A stretch of 64,000 nucleotides of DNA from Amphiscolops sp. MND2022. Taxonomy: Eukaryota. The DNA lies in the NCBI GenBank assembly GCA_964187785.1, contig OZ076409.1, positions 48,672,001 through 48,736,000 of the forward strand, written 5' to 3'. Made by a program: the position numbers and the translations under genes. Below, piece after piece: positions 62,397-64,000 of the stretch (positions are counted from its first letter, which is position 1; each line of letters starts with the position of its first letter). The notes below the pieces were generated by a model. It did not search any database. It saw nothing but the letters and a program-made list of their open reading frames with translations, and had not been told where the DNA came from.

Positions 62397-64000
62397 TTGA
62401 ACGAGTTGAACTTTACTTCCGGAAGACTTTTCAATTGCGGCAAGATGGATTCATTTGCAGGAAGTGAACCGCGCGACTTCATTCCTTTCAATTTAGGAAC
62501 TGAATCAAACGGCCAACCGACCCAGACCTCCACAAACAATGAGAGCATCAGAGAAAACAATCTGACTCAACGCCCTGATGAGGCTGCGCAGACCAGTAGT
62601 CCAGCAACTGTGAGGGAAGCAACTTCTACTTCCAAGCAGTCAACCTCACCTCCTCTTTCTCCCAGCATTTCACCCACTGCCATTGAGATTATCGAGGGAA
62701 GCGGATCACAGGCTTCATCTGAACAAGATTCCTCTGCAAGAAATGCCGATTCTTCTACTCCTGCCGTTAGTCAACAGACCCTGCGACCACTGCCCCCAGA
62801 TTACACTCCTTCCGTAATCAATCCGTTCGCGTCTGGGAATAGTAGTTCTGGAGAGAGCATCCAGGCGTATTTGACCCGCAAAATTGGCAGTCTTGAAGAA
62901 GATTTACGGAAACAAGAGGCTTTAGTGGAGCAATCGACACTGTAAAAGTGAGTGAGAGTGAACCTCTCGTGATGATTCCTTCCTCCAGCTCTCAATTGAG
63001 CCCAACTGTACGAGGTCCCGCTGGACCTAAACTCTCGTTCCTAGTGCCAGTGCTTGGGGCCAGTTCTCAAGCGGAAACAGAACGTACTCAGGGTGCGAGC
63101 AAACGCCCGAGAATAGGGAGTACATCTTTTCATGAAAGCCATCCTCCAGCCAAACAAAGAGCTCCAACTCCGTTTCGTACCATGAGTGATGAAAAGACCG
63201 ACTCGGATTCGAATGTCGAAACGGGTCACAAAGACGACCGGACAGTCACGGTGAACAGTAGTGATCCTGCAGTTGAAACTGATGCTGAGTCTTCCTTTAA
63301 CCCAGCTGGCTCTACGATTGCACAGGCTTTGGACTTGAAGTCCCGACAGCTTAATGTCGAGTCTAGTGATGCTGAAAGTGCGTTTAACACTGTTGGCCTA
63401 CCTGTAGTTTCTAGAAGTCAAAGTCTTAAACCGACTAGCAGGGCGCTCATTAAAGAACACTTCCAAACTAATGAACACTTCAACTTTCCCCAAGGACATC
63501 CAGTTATTGCATTTACTGAGGAACAATTTAGCAGCGTCCTTAAGATTGTCGCGGATGAAACTGTGAGGGCCTCCCAGCACATGTTAGAAGGGATTATCCA
63601 ACAAACAAGGAGATTCACATTAGAAGCCACAACCAGCAACAAGGCTACCCCTACGTTCTTGGGTGACGGACAACACCAAAGGTCAAGAATCGCGACGCCT
63701 GGTCAACTAAGCGACACAAGTGGAGCCCTCCAAAGTGATGATGAGTTCTCCAGCATTGGTTACTCTTACGAAAGGCCAGAGACTAGACTGAGACGATAAT
63801 TGCCCCGCCAAAAGCTTCTGAGGGAGCGTCCTGTAGCTATGCGGACCGACGGGTCGACACCCCATTTACAGCTGCTGATAGTCCTGACGCCCAAACCCTT
63901 GCTTCCTTAAGGGCCGAAGCGATGAAAGACCAGGGTAAGCTTCCTCGTAACCAGCGTGGGATGTTCAGTTCCAGCTCCCGGGGCAAAGGGACCCGCAGGC
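62397..64000 (+). CDS. N-terminal low-complexity part of the antisense accessory gene of element 2; frame breaks near 62945 and 63795; runs off the window
   Basis: S/T/E/P-rich ORFs in the same position and orientation as 8209-9350 in element 1. The window ends at SRGKGTRR, compared with GRGKRRRP just before the zinc finger in element 1. Confidence 0.55.

Larger units (their letters stand above)
59045..64000 (-). mobile_element. 3' portion of element 2, a diverged relative of element 1
   Basis: Same order as element 1: LTR with gag N-terminus, ORF-X homolog overlapping the LTR start, spacer, then a divergent antisense low-complexity ORF. Confidence 0.8.

Overview
AT-rich, intron-containing animal (invertebrate-type) genomic DNA dominated by mobile elements. 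It contains: (1) the 3' half of a host TRPM-like cation channel gene (+ strand, exons 206-21859). (2) In that gene's last intron, a complete, recent, 15,985-bp Ty3/Gypsy LTR retrotransposon (4355-20339, - strand, TG...CA, 5-bp TSD CATAC, about 1.52-kb near-identical LTRs) with an unusual layout. About 189 codons of gag lie inside the LTR. Gag-pol is joined by a UUUAAAC -1 slippery site. A 7-kb region after pol carries an antisense, spliced gene resembling a catalytically dead hAT transposase with a zinc finger, plus a sense CxxC ORF that runs into the 3' LTR. Three CpG-rich tandem arrays share one core motif. (3) A 2-kb solo LTR, a decayed Gypsy integrase, nested MITEs and two unrelated satellites with ~185-bp monomers, one with higher-order structure. 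(4) A spliced gene with a degenerate tyrosine-recombinase-like region plus a SET domain ending in (ACT)74. (5) A RAG1/Transib-like DDE transposase with a C-terminal BRCT domain, cut by a 200-N gap. (6) A chuvirus-type glycoprotein (env-like) remnant, interrupted by the 3' end of a second, diverged element with the same layout as (2). All family assignments are by eye from remembered motifs; no database search was run.
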